NCBI GenBank assembly: GCA_951406725.2
Contig: OX597834.1
Coordinates: 34,906,001-34,970,000 of the forward strand
DNA: 64,000 nucleotides
Direction: 5' to 3'
Origin: Octopus vulgaris
Taxonomy: Eukaryota
A model generated the notes under the pieces. That model had not been told where the DNA came from and made no database searches. It was given only the letters and a program-made list of their open reading frames with translations. Made by a program: the position numbers and the translations under genes. This document shows, in pieces, positions 1 to 11,260 of this stretch (position 1 is the first letter of the stretch; every line of letters starts with the position of its first letter).

Positions 1-110
1 TAACAAAAATAAATTGAAAAAAAATATCTTTCACTGCACTCACGGAAAAGGAATTAATAAAACAAATGGATTTGATTTAAAGGATTTTAAACAACAGGGG
101 AAATTAACGA

Positions 111-111
<1 letters not shown>

Positions 112-203
<92 letters not shown>

Positions 204-300
204 GAGAGAGAAAGAGAGAGAGAAAAAGGGAGAGGGGGGAAAGAAAGTGAGAGAGAGAGAAAGAGGGAGTGCGAGTGAGAGTGAGTGAATGAGAGAGAAG
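112..300. repeat. (GA)n microsatellite / purine-rich tract
   Basis: Direct perfect then degenerate GA repeat; explains the ER-rich and SL-rich ORFs at 14-425. Confidence 0.95.
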
Positions 301-892
301 ACACAGAAGACCAGCACCTTGATTGCCACCACCACCATGACCACCACTACTGCTACTATGATCAACACCACCACTGCTGTCCCCGAAGTCACCCTCACCA
401 CCACCACTACCTTAACTTCCTCCAAATCACAGGAAGACAGCTGTTTTTAGGTTTATAATGAAGGAGGTCTTTTGCATAATATAATTAACATAATTAACAG
501 TTGGACATGGGTATAGAACAACAACAACAACAACAAGTGACTTTTAAGATACCTGACCATCTTTACCTGGCCCACCACCACCAACATATATCTATGTTTT
601 AAAATGGAAAGAGGGGAGAGAGATAAAATTAGGGTATGAGTCAGTGGAACGAAAAGGGTGATGGGGGTAGGGTGGGGGGTGTTGATTAGTTTTCCCTAAT
701 TTAATATGCCTAACTATTACTACTGCTGCTGCTACCACTGCTAGCCACCATCATTATAACAAATGAGCATCATCATCATCAAAACCACCATCATCAGCAT
801 CACCACTGCCACTGCTATGACCAATTAACACCATTGCCATCACCATCAACCATCATCACCACCATCACCAACATCACCACCACCACCTTTAT

Positions 893-1212
893 TATTAATG
901 GCCAGTATGAACGGACCAATTCTGAGGATACACCTGTGAGAATTAATAGGAAATATAAAAGGAGAAAGGGGCTCTCTACCCCCCCTTTTGACCAGGCTCC
1001 CGTGGCTTTTATGGGTTTTTCCATGAGTAACCTTTCGAAGCGCCTCCCCCTATTGGGAGTTTTAATTGTTACTTATATTTCATTGTTATCCTGCTTTTGT
1101 ATACGGACCTTTTTCAAACAGACAAAACCCTTTGTAACTTTCATCCTGTGTTTTGTCCCTTTATGTTTTAATTGATTTTTGTTAACCCTTGTGGCCAATA
1201 AACGAACAAATT
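893..1212 (+). mobile_element. 3' end of a non-LTR retrotransposon (L1/Tx1-like): ORF C-terminus plus 3' UTR
   Basis: Short terminal frame (MASMNGPILRIHL*), then a T-rich UTR ending ccttgtggccaataaacgaa plus an (att)n tail. The tail resembles that of SINE family B (ccccttgtgggcagtaaagaaat). Clade assignment is inferred. Confidence 0.5.
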
Positions 1213-1529
1213 ATTATTATTATTATTATTATTATTAATATTAACAGAAATATGAATTTTGCAGCAGCTAGATGGAGGAAGAGCCATTCTAGCCATTTAA
1301 TAACTCAGAAAAGCAGATTTATTTGAAATTCTAAGTTGATTTCATAAGGTGTTAAAATATTTGTGCCACTCACCTGTGACCTGCTCACTGACATGGTTTT
1401 TAACTGTAACTTACGAGACAAGTACAACTCCCAAATATGACCCCTCCCCACTCCACAACCACTCCTTTTTTTCTTTCTTGGTTTATTTGGATTATGCAAT
1501 ACCCCCAACCGTACCCCTTGCAATATATC

Positions 1530-1655
1530 ATCATTGAATGGATGAAAGGCAAACTCAACATTTGAGGAATCTGAACTCAAAATGTGAAGATGGAAGAAAT
1601 GTTGCTAAGCATTTTTGCCTGGTGCACAAACAATTCTGCCAGCTCGCTGCCTTAA
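1530..1655 (-). mobile_element. SINE family B fragment (tRNA head plus central domain)
   Basis: ggatgaaaggcaaa...gaactcaaaa...gctaagcattt...ctgccagctcgctgcctt matches the other family B copies in the window. Confidence 0.8.
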
Positions 1656-1678
1656 CAACACAACTGATATTGCCATAT

Positions 1679-2135
1679 TTAACCATTTTGTTATTGAATT
1701 TTTGCTGAAGTATGCTGTCTCTGTTTAAATCAATTTTGAAAATCATCAAGAATTCATTAAAACAACTTTGTCATTAATTAACTGATATTTAGAACACAAA
1801 TTAATCCTTTCGCATTCAGATTATTCCGTCACATGTAATTCTTATTTATTCCACATTGTTTTGAATTAATCCTGCATTATTCCGTAGCTTCAAGGTTTTG
1901 ATGATGTGATTGATTATTTTAATTTATTGCAGATTGCAGGGTAAGTATGAGAGGGTGGATGTGGTCAGTTTCGGCATAAAACAAGTGGAATATTTGGGCT
2001 GGACATGGCCAATTTAAATGCTAAATTGTTAACAATGAAACTTCGATGAAAAGTTTAAATTTAGATCACTTTAAAACAAAAAAAAGTAAATTACAGAATC
2101 AAAGGTGATCTCAGCCAGGTCAATATCAAAAGGGA
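1679..2135. mobile_element. piggyBac-like MITE (type H) interrupted by a second MITE
   Basis: Starts ttaaccattttg and ends caaaaggg. The two halves flank the TTAA-bounded insert at 1801-2032 and resemble 33461-33684 in reverse. Confidence 0.6.
1801..2032 (+). mobile_element. piggyBac-like MITE (type G)
   Basis: TTAA at both ends; TIR-like tcctttcgcatt...aatgctaaattg; homologous to 2583-3032, 10634-10840, 34123-34322 and 50224-50435. Confidence 0.75.
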
Positions 2136-2334
2136 CAATTCTTTTCTTTCATTCTCTCATAAGAATACACTCAACTGCACTGGTGGTCTCAGGCAAGTTG
2201 GTATCAAAAGGGTTAATTCTTTTTTTTTTCTCTCTCACAGAATTTACTTAACTGCATGGTGATAAGGCTAAAAAAAACCCCCCAAAAAACATAAGAAAAA
2301 AGATCCTGATGGGATGTGGTAGGATTTGAACCAA

Positions 2335-2410
2335 GGAATATCATACCATTCTAAACCAGTGTGTACCAATTAATGGAATATCATACCATTCTAAACCAGT
2401 GTGTAACATT
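2335..2410. repeat. ~40-bp tandem duplication
   Basis: ggaatatcataccattctaaaccagtgtgta occurs twice in tandem. Confidence 0.85.
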
Positions 2411-2582
2411 ACGTACCAATTTTTACTCTCTCCCACCATCCTCTTATAGCATTACTACAACCTTCATCATCATCATCATCACTACAATCTCTGACCACTA
2501 TTATTATTATTATTACCACAACCACTACCTTTGTGTTTGCTGCCCACCACACTACTTGACAACCTGTGCTGGTTTGGTTATG

Positions 2583-3032
2583 TTAACCCTTTAGCATTCA
2601 AATTACTTTGTCAAGTGTAACATTTATTCACATTGTTTTCAATTAACCCTTATGAGACACACAGTATTTTGGTTTCTGTAGTCAAAAAGACCAAACTTTT
2701 TTTTTTTTACTATTGCAATACCTCTACTGAAACATGGTCTCTGATCAGCAATTACACTTCTGAACAAACCATTCACAACATTTGTCCCATCGGGCCGATG
2801 GATTGGCCTCAAAGTCCTTTCAGCTTGTATCACTTGGGCCAATCAATTGGCCTGGGTGTCCCAAGAGGGTTAATACTGAAATTATCTTGTAGCTTTGAGA
2901 TTTCAGTGATGTAATTGTTTATTTCTAGAATGGCATTGTAGGATAGGTACAAGAGGCTGGATCTAGTCAGTTTGAATGTAAAACAGAATATTTTAGGCTG
3001 GATTCGGCCTGTTTAAATTTTGAAATGGTTAA
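2583..3032 (+). mobile_element. piggyBac-like MITE (type G) with a nested insertion
   Basis: ttaaccctttagcatt...ggttaa; the consensus resumes after the insert at 2647-2869. Confidence 0.75.
2643..2873. mobile_element. nested piggyBac-like MITE with TTAA target-site duplication
   Basis: TTAA-cccttatgagacac...gtgtcccaagaggg-TTAA; imperfect 14-bp TIR with CCC/GGG ends. Confidence 0.75.
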
Positions 3033-3336
3033 TTGAGAGAACAAGAGCTAAAACTTTTTAAAAAAATCAGTGCCAGGGATGATTTGTTTGACAACACAAC
3101 ACGGCAAAAGTTGAATGACTGAAACAGATAAAAAAAAGAAAAATTTTCTTAAAATGATGGATGTCACTGGACAATGTAGAGTTAGGATACTGTGCTCGAA
3201 TAATGAGATGGTTATGACTAAAACATCTTTGATCACTGAACTGCTGGATCTGAGCAGATCTGGGGCTACAGAACATACACACACACACACACCACACACA
3301 CACATATATATATATATATTATATATATATATATAT

Positions 3337-3552
3337 AAAGTTAATCCAAACATGAAAGCACAAAGAGAAAACACAACGCGAGGATGTGGAACAAATATAG
3401 TATTATTGGACACTCAGGAAGGAAGGGAAGAAGGAGGGTTTAACGTTTCGAGTGGAGCTCTTCATCGGAAACATAGGAGAATGAAAGATCCAGAGAAGGG
3501 AAGACAGAGGAAAAAAAAAAAAATCGCCAACAGTACACACGCAGTCACATTT
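3337..3552 (-). mobile_element. Penelope-like pseudo-LTR-type short element adjoining a (TA)n tract, carrying a hammerhead motif
   Basis: Flanked by TA repeats, homologous in layout to 35770-35967, and contains the motif at 3438-3472. Confidence 0.55.
3438..3472 (-). ncRNA. minimal type-I hammerhead ribozyme motif (core variant CCGAUGA)
   Basis: Minus strand reads GUUU-CCGAUGA-A-GAG-CUCCA-CUC-GAAACGUU-AAAC: stem I GUUU/AAAC, stem II GAG/CUC, palindromic AACGUU helix III. Confidence 0.6.
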
Positions 3553-4275
3553 ATATATATTTGCACAAGCACACATAATAAATCATATGTAAGCTAAAAT
3601 AAGCATGCACGCATATACACACACACTATAGCACAGGGCATCTTTGATCATAGATCCGTTGGATCAGCACAAGCTCCAGTGCTAAACATTAACTACAACA
3701 ATATGACTTCAACAAGAACAAGATGAAGAAAAACAGCAACAACAACAACAAGAAGCAATGAAGATGAACCCACCTTTCCATTAAAATAAGACTTAGCAAT
3801 CAGTGATGATGACGATAACAGCAGCCATCCTGCTGTCATCATGGAGGAGATGTTGGGCCTTTTGTTCCTTCTAAGAAGTGAGGGGTTTCTCAAGACAACT
3901 GACTATATTATACGTCTCAGTGCTGACAGGTACATACACAGCCACATGCATACATGTGTACATGTATAGCCACACATACACACACAGTCAGGTGTACATA
4001 CACACAGAAACACATGAATACAATCATACACACACACACACACACAGAAGTATTCACAAACAGGTGTGTATGTGTGTATGCATGTGTGTGTGTGTGTGTA
4101 TGAATATATTTAGACACACACACAGATACACACTGAACAACAGTACAAAAGTGATGTAAGAAGAAAAGACAGGAGCAATGGGGGTGGGGGAGAGTGGGGG
4201 TGGGGAGAAGAGAGGAGAAGGAACGGTGGGGAGTGAGGGGGTGAGGAGAGACAACAAATGAACTGAAAAAAAAAC

Positions 4276-4318
<43 letters not shown>

Positions 4319-4525
4319 TATCAAAGAGACAAACATACAGAAACTGTGTTAATACTTTATCCGGTGGTGGTGGTGGGTAGTTGGAGGGGGTGGGGTGTAA
4401 AGAGGAGACACAGAGGTGAGAAAGTGTGTATGTATGTATTTATAGGTGTGTGCATGTGTGTAATGTTTGCATAGATATAAACATATATGTATGCACACAC
4501 ACAAATAACTATGTATGTGCGTGCA

Positions 4526-4558
<33 letters not shown>

Positions 4559-4884
4559 TTATGCACATATATCTATATATACGTTTAGACAGAAAGTGTG
4601 TGTGTGTATCACACACACGCACACATAACAAGTACAAATTCCTTCAGTTGCAGTTAACACCTCAAAAGTTTTGCGTGCAGGGAAAAGAAGCCAGCAGCAT
4701 TTTCTCTCAAAACGATTTTCACGAAAGTTATTAAGAGTTTCAAAGCTGAATTGAGTAATTTCGGTTTACATAAGACTCTAGACGGACATTGCCCGCCATT
4801 TTAATACCTGCTGGGTGTATAAGGGGGGGGTAGGGGGCGAGATAGTGTGTATGTATGTGTCTATGTATCATTTTTTCTTTCATC

Positions 4885-5020
4885 CTTTACTTGCTTCAGA
4901 CATTAGACTGTGGCCATGCTGGGGCACCGCCTTAAAGAATGTTTAGTCGAACGAATGAACCCCAGGACTTAATTTTTCTCTTAGAGCATAATAGTTATTC
5001 TTATAGTCTTTGCTGGTGAA
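4885..5020 (-). mobile_element. SINE family A 3' fragment
   Basis: Tail motif tttacttg...tgtggccatgctggggcaccgcc. Confidence 0.8.
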
Positions 5021-5125
5021 CCTGTTGCAAGTGGAACCCATTGGTGCACATTCTGTGCTGCTCATGTTTAAGCGATGACATTGCTTGTGTTACAGTCATC
5101 ATGTATGTATCAATGTGTATATATG

Positions 5126-5172
<47 letters not shown>

Positions 5173-5249
5173 CCTGGGTATGACATTAAACTGCATCCAG
5201 TAGTGAAACACCAGTTCAGTTGTGGGGAGTGTGGTGTTGCTTATTAATC

Positions 5250-5405
5250 ACCATTGGCGTTAGGAAGGGCATCCAGCCGTAGAAGCATTGCCAGATCAGA
5301 CTGGTCCTGGTGCAGCCTTCTGGCTTCCCAGACCCCAGTTGAACTGTCCAACCCATGCTAGCATGGAAAGCGGACGCTAAACGAAGAAGATGATGATGAT
5401 GATGA
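5250..5405 (+). mobile_element. family C: 3' UTR end of an RTE-like LINE with a (tga)n tail
   Basis: ttggcgttaggaagggcatccagc...ccaacccatgctagcatggaaagcggacg followed by (gat)n. Confidence 0.75.
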
Positions 5406-5799
5406 TTACTCCCAGGTCAGTTCTGCCTTGGAATATTAGTACACATCAGGGTCCCATCCATGGGTTAGATAGATTTTCCAGGTGTAGAGGAGGGTCCCAT
5501 TATTTTTGACAAAGCCATAGGAAGAAAGATATTCTGGCTTAAAGGTTGCAGTCAAAATAGTTACCAGCCATCTTGCAATGCTTGTCACTGGGACCTACTG
5601 TGGTGACCGAGAGAGTGGCAAAAGTGTTGTACAAGTTTTTGTGACTTAAATCCAATGACATACAGATGTCTCACTATCAAATGTGAGACAGCTATCATCT
5701 GACATGATAAGACAATCATCATGTATGTATATGTGTGTATGTTTAAATATGTATGTGTCTATGTATGTTTAAGTATGTATGTGTCTACCAGTAGCATTT

Positions 5800-6590
5800 A
5801 TGAGTCCCAGGTAGGTTTTTCACAATGGACATAAGGCCAATGACACAATACATTATTTTCAGCTCATCAACTGCAAGAGAAATGCACTGAGCAAAGACCC
5901 AAGCTCAATCATTTCTGCTTCACTGACCTCACTGAAAGACTATGGTTCAGTGAACTGTGATGCATTATGGGTTATTCTCAGAAAAGTAGGCTGTCCCAGT
6001 AAATTTTAAAATATTATCAAGGCTTCTCATGATGATATGAAAGGTAAGCTCTGGGCATTACTATCTGGTCACCCAGATATAAATAAAGAAGATTATAACA
6101 TTCCCACTAAACAAGTCCATTGCAAGGTTATTTACTTAGAGTTAAGTGGACTGGAGCAATAATGAAATGTTCTTGTTCAAAAACACAACACACCACCTCG
6201 TCCAGAAACTGAAACCATGACCTAGCAATTGTGGGTGCAACATCTTAACCACAACGCCACATGCTTTCATGATGGTGAACGTCCATATCAAATTTCTATA
6301 ATTTGGAGGTGTAAAACAAGGTGATGGAACAACCCCTGCATTATCTGCCATATGCTTCACAATGGTTCTTTTCAAATGCTTTCAATAACTTCTCTGAGGT
6401 CTTATTTATAGTCTCTGCTACCACACAACTGGCAGGTTATTCATTATTCAACCTCAAACAGCTTAATTCTAAATCACACACTTTTGTATCTCAGATAAGA
6501 GATGACTTGTATGCTGATGTCTGTGATATTGTTGTACACAATGAAAGAAATCTATCGTCAAACTGCTACGGATGCAATTCCGTTGGCATG
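5800..6590 (+). mobile_element. decayed RTE-clade LINE reverse transcriptase fragment
   Basis: Frameshifted translation gives ESQ.GF, AHQLQEKCTEQ, SVNCDALWVILRKVGCPSKF*NIIKASHDDMKG, GVKQG and LFNLKQL...DLYADVCDIVVHNE. These are recognisable RTE RT motifs, with YADD decayed to YADV. Confidence 0.85.
6143..6269 (-). mobile_element. tRNA/CORE-like SINE head inserted in the RTE relic
   Basis: Reverse strand gcatgtggcgttgtggttaagatg...tgtgtttttgaacaagaacatttc is similar to the heads at 15695 and 35970. Confidence 0.65.
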
Positions 6591-6839
6591 TAACATAAAT
6601 AAACATCACAATAAACCTTGTTTTAAGCTGTTTTCTTTAGCAGCTCTTTCTTGGAAAGCCTTATGGGATTCCTAAAATAACAGAATACGCTTAATCTTTG
6701 GTAAAAAAAAAAAATGATTTCCTTTGAGCATGTTGAAGAGGCAAGCAAATTTTGCTGACTAAATTACAATTAGAAACCAACAGTTATAGACCTCCTCTTC
6801 CTCCTCCCCACTGCTGCCACCACCACCACCACCATCAAA

Positions 6840-7040
6840 TATCTATTTTCCATACTGGCAGAATCAGGACAGTTTTAAACGATCCAATGATCTGCAGGAA
6901 TGCGTTGAGCTCCAATGCCTACTTTGGTATGGTTTCTGCAGCTGGATGCCCACCCTATTGTCAACCACTTTACAGAGTATATTGGGTGCTTTTTCATAAA
7001 CACCAGCACTTGTGAGGTTAGCAAGTGACTTGAATACCAG
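6840..7040 (-). mobile_element. family C (RTE-like 3' UTR), diverged
   Basis: ttttccatactggca...gctggatgccc...caaccactttacagag. Confidence 0.7.
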
Positions 7041-7072
7041 GAAAAAAAAAAAATAAATAAATAAATAAAAAT

Positions 7073-7351
7073 AGGTGCAGGCATGGCTGTGTGGTAGAAG
7101 CTTGCTTCTCAACCACATGGTTCTGGGTTCAGTCTCCCACTATGACCTTGGGCTGACCAAAGCCTTGTGAGTGAATTTGGTAGCTGGAAACTGAAAGAAG
7201 CCTGTCACATATATATATTTATGTATGCATGTGTCTGTGTTTGTCCCCTGTCATTGCTTGACAATGCTGGTGTGTTTATGTCCCTGTGACTTGGTGGTTC
7301 AGCAAAAGAGACCAACGGAATAAGTCCTAGGCTTACAAAGAATAAGTCCTG
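7073..7351 (+). mobile_element. SINE family A
   Basis: tRNA-like head ggctgtgtggtagaagcttgctt...gggttcagtc, internal microsatellite, and 3' domain. Confidence 0.85.
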
Positions 7352-8119
7352 TGAAAAATAGGTAACACTCATCAGGAAAGTTGGGTGGGAGAAAGAGAAA
7401 ATGGAATTGGTAAGAAAAGAGATCAAGTAGTCAAAAGCTGCCTTAAAATTGGGTTTCAAAAATAGGGAATATCCATAAAGAAAATTGGATAAGGGTGGAA
7501 ATAGGTAGGAAAAGACATCCACCAGACAGAGACAGGCTTAGATTGGATCTGGAATATAGGTAATATCCATGTGGAAAGTTGTTGGGAGCAGGAAGAAATT
7601 GACAGGGCTTCATGGAGAAAGAGAATAAACCAATGCATCCAGTAAATTTAAGAGAACTGTATTTGTATGTATGTGTGTACGTACGTACATACCTGGGACT
7701 AAAACCATAACAAAAAGCAACAACAACAACTACAGCAACAGTAATCACAGCAGCAGCAACTACTACTATTACTCCTACTACTACTACTACTTGTATCACT
7801 AACATCACTCCTCCTACTACCATCACCACCACCACAACTACTACTACTACTAAGGTGTGACATTTGGTTTGTTGTTTTTGTTTTTTATTTTGATATTTTT
7901 TTTCTTTTTAAATCTTCCTTTGTTCTTTTCTGTAATCTGTTGATCAGAAACTATTCCTTGTTTCTTGTGCCTGGAGGAATGTTGGTGAGGAGATCTGTGA
8001 TCTGAGTGGGGAGATTAGAGACTGACCAGAGGCAGAGATGAAAGAACGCAGGTAATAGTGTGGGGGTGGGGATGGATGAGTGGGCGATGGGAGAAAGGTA
8101 TGGATGGATGGGGAGAGGG

Positions 8120-8230
8120 AGAGATACAGATAGATAGACAGATAGACATATAGGTAGATAGATAGATAGACAGATAGATAGATAGACAGATAGATAGATA
8201 GATAGACAAACAGATAGACATATAGACAGA

Positions 8231-8261
<31 letters not shown>

Positions 8262-8309
8262 GTAGATAGAGGTATAGATAGTTAGATAGACAGATAGACA
8301 GAGATATGG

Positions 8310-8346
<37 letters not shown>

Positions 8347-8490
8347 TAAATAGAGAGACAGATGGATAGTATGATAGAGAATGAGATAGATAGAGAGAGA
8401 GTGAGTGAGATGGAAGAATAGATACATAGACAGAGAGATAGGGATAGATATAGAAAGTGAGAGATGGAGAATGAGAGAAAGAGAGGGAGG
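8120..8490. repeat. (GATA/GACA/GA)n compound microsatellite
   Basis: Direct observation; explains the SIYL-rich ORFs. Confidence 0.9.
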
Positions 8491-8591
8491 AAGATGCTTA
8501 AGAAGTTATGTAATAGGTGTTCTTTACAGTTTGGTTGGAGGGGTTTAGATAATCACCTGTAATTAATAAATGGGTTTTATGTGTGTATATG

Positions 8592-8624
<33 letters not shown>

Positions 8625-8692
8625 ACACGCATGTCTACATGTGTGTATGTGTGTTGCATGTGTGTGTACATGTGTGAGTTTATATATTTCAT

Positions 8693-8895
8693 CTTTTACT
8701 TGCATCAATGGACTGTGGCCATGCTGGGGCACCACTTTGAAGTCATTAAGTTACAGGGAGGTTAACAAACCAACACTGGTTGTCAAGTAGTGGTGGGGGA
8801 CAAACACACACATACACACACGCACTACAGGCATCTTTCAGCCTCTGTCTACCATATCCATTCCCATTCCCAAAGTTTTAGTCAGCCAGGGCTAT
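8693..8895 (-). mobile_element. SINE family A partial copy
   Basis: Tail motif plus caacactggttgtcaag...ggggacaaacac. Confidence 0.75.
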
Positions 8896-8917
8896 CATCA
8901 TCATCATCATCATCATC

Positions 8918-9550
8918 ATTTAACGTCCGCTTTCCATGCTAGCATGGGTTGGACGGTTCAACTGGGGTCTGGGGAGCCCGAAGGCTGCACCAGGCCAGTC
9001 AGATCTGGCAGTGTTTCTACAGCTGGATGCCCTTCCTAACGCCAACCACTCCGAGAGTGTAGTGGGTGATTTTATGTGCCACCGACACAGGTGCCAGACG
9101 AGGCTGGCGAACGGCCACGCTCGGATGGTGTTTTTATGTGCCACCGACACAGGTGCCAGACGAGGCTGGCGAACGGCCACGCTCGGATGCTGTTTTTATG
9201 TGCCACCGACACAGGTGCCAGACGAGGCTGACGAACGGCCACGATCGGATGGTGTTTCTTACGTGCCCACAGCACGGGGGCCAGTCGATGCGGTACTGGC
9301 TACGGCCACGTTCGGATGGTTTTCTTGTGTGCCACCGGCACTGGTACCACAAAGATACAAATTCCATTGATGTTCATCTATTTTGATTTGATTTGATTTG
9401 ATTTGATTTGATTTGATTTGATTTTCACTTGCCTCAACAGGTCTTCACAAGTGTCACAAGAAGGAAGGAAGGTATGCACAGGTGAACTGACAACGTCCCA
9501 GGTAGGGGCCACGGGTTATGGCCTGACTAGTCTTGCCGGGTCTTCGGATG
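8918..9550 (-). mobile_element. family C: long RTE-like LINE 3' UTR with an internal 62-bp tandem array
   Basis: (cat)n tail at the left, conserved ctggatgcccttcctaacgccaaccact core, 62-bp repeats, and a (tttga)n tract. Confidence 0.8.
9070..9345. repeat. 62-bp minisatellite (3 near-identical units plus degenerate units)
   Basis: tttatgtgccaccgacacaggtgccagacgaggctg recurs at 9071, 9133 and 9195. Confidence 0.9.
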
Positions 9551-9763
9551 ATGTTTTTATGTGTTTCCGACTATTAGAAGAAATTCGTAATATTTCTTCA
9601 TACCAAACATGTTTTCAGGGAAGATCAGAACTGACAACCTTTGTACAAAGGTGACACTTATTTACAGCTTTTGCATGATATAGGGCAAGCAGATGCAAAC
9701 ATCCCCCTATGCATGGATACATATATCCAAATACACATACTTACACATAACAGGTGAAACGAG

Positions 9764-9876
9764 TGGGAATGTTTCCCTTCATCAGCTATCCATTCTAGGG
9801 AATGTTCATAGTTTCAGTGCATTAGGAAAATGCAAAAATTCCCAAGAGGATACAACTAATGAAGGGAAACTTTCCT
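9764..9876. repeat. imperfect inverted repeat (~40-bp arms)
   Basis: gggaatgtttcccttcatcagctatccattctagggaat versus attcccaagaggatacaactaatgaagggaaactttcc. Confidence 0.65.
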
Positions 9877-10633
9877 GTTTGTTCTGTTATGTTGTGTCTC
9901 ATTTCTTTTATATATAAGTATAAAAGCAATGATGAGGATGATGTAACAACAGCAACAACAACAACAATAACTGTAATCTACTATAATGATACTCTTGTGT
10001 TAATCTCTGTCACAACATATGAATGAGAAAGGAAGGGATGATAGATGAATAAGGAAGGAAGGGGTGATGGGAAACTTGGTAGTGGGATGATGGAAGTTCT
10101 ACAGTGAAAAAAAAATCAAACATCATTTCAACTCTGTGTGAGTATATATGTATGCATATGTTTGTGTGTGTGTGTGCAATGGGAGTGAGATGGTGAACAT
10201 TCAATGCTGAAAAGAAAAATCAAACAGTGTCAACAATGCAATGCTGTGTCAACAATGCAATGAAGAGCTCATTCTATTAGGAATAGCTGACTTTTCTACT
10301 CTGTCAGTTTAAATAGTAAAACTACTATTTTAACCTGTTATTGTATACCTGTACTGTACACTAAGTGTCAAATAAAATACAAAGAAAATCAACTTTTAGT
10401 CAATTTTTATGATTAATATTCCAGTTGTTAAATCAATTGAAACCTTGAATTTTATATGTGTGTATGTATGTAAATACACACACACAGAGCATATGACTGA
10501 GCATTTCACACAGATGCTTTTATTGTTATCTTCAGATAGACTCAACATGACAGCATATGTGTGTGTGTGAGAGAGAACGCTGGCCCATTGTATTACAGGT
10601 ACACTATCTGATAAGCTTCCACAGTGTCCAGTG

Positions 10634-10840
10634 ATCCTTTAGTGTTTAAACCAGTCATGTTCATCCCAAATATCTACCTGTTTTATGTTCAGACTGGCCA
10701 AATCTCACTTCTTACACCTACCCTACAATGTCATTCTAAAAATATACAATCATGTTGTTGAAATCTCAAAGCTACAATATAATGCATGGTTTATTCAAAC
10801 CAATTTGAATGAATAAGCATTATGTTTGATAGAGGTTAAA
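10634..10840 (-). mobile_element. piggyBac-like MITE (type G)
   Basis: Reverse-complement homology to 1801-2032; ends ggttaa. Confidence 0.75.
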
Positions 10841-10854
10841 GCATGAAGTACATG

Positions 10855-10982
10855 CTATAAAGTGGCTGGCATTAGGAAGGGCCTCCAGCCATAGAAACCA
10901 TGCCAACACATACACTGGAGCATTATGTAGTCCTTGAATCTCTCAGGCCCTGCCAAATGATCCAGCCCTAGCTAGCATGGTA
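10855..10982 (+). mobile_element. family C fragment
   Basis: aaagtggctggcattaggaagggcctccagccatagaaacc...ctagcatgg. Confidence 0.7.
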
Positions 10983-10989
10983 CTCTCTC

Positions 10990-11260
10990 TCTTTAGATGC
11001 CATGCCCAGAATGTAGGACATGGGCGATCATGTCCTACCACGGTTCTTTGTTCTTTCTTCCAGCCTGACATTCATATCATCCTTCTCCTGTCCCCTTCAA
11101 TCTTTCTGGTGATTGCTAAATTCTCCAAGACCCCTTTCTTCATCATATGACCAAAAACTCTCCGTTGCTAGGCCCTTATCTCATGAAGCAGTTTCCAATT
11201 TACAAAACCCTGGTCATTTGACACTTTGTCTATCCATGCTAACCTCACCTTACCCCTTAA
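10990..11260 (-). mobile_element. RTE-clade LINE ORF C-terminal relic
   Basis: Minus-strand translation RLAWIDKVSND...LLHEIRA*QRRVFGHMMKKGVLENLAITRKIEGDRRR matches the RTE C-terminus (FGH.MR...LE....GKIEG.R.R). Confidence 0.75.

Noticed and set aside
4740-4802. Minus-strand AAAATGGCG start giving MAGNVRLESYVNR, reminiscent of the LSm8 N-terminus and a YY1-type motif
   Set aside because: The similarity is about 6 residues, the frame stops after 19 codons, there is no GT donor at the expected point, and no downstream LSm exons were seen.
5800-6590. Functional reverse transcriptase gene
   Set aside because: It has multiple stops and frameshifts, a mutated YADD motif and a SINE insertion, so it is a fossil only.
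9070-9345. 62-bp periodic array as a repeat-spacer array
   Set aside because: The whole unit is repeated with no variable spacer, and it is part of a LINE 3' UTR family.
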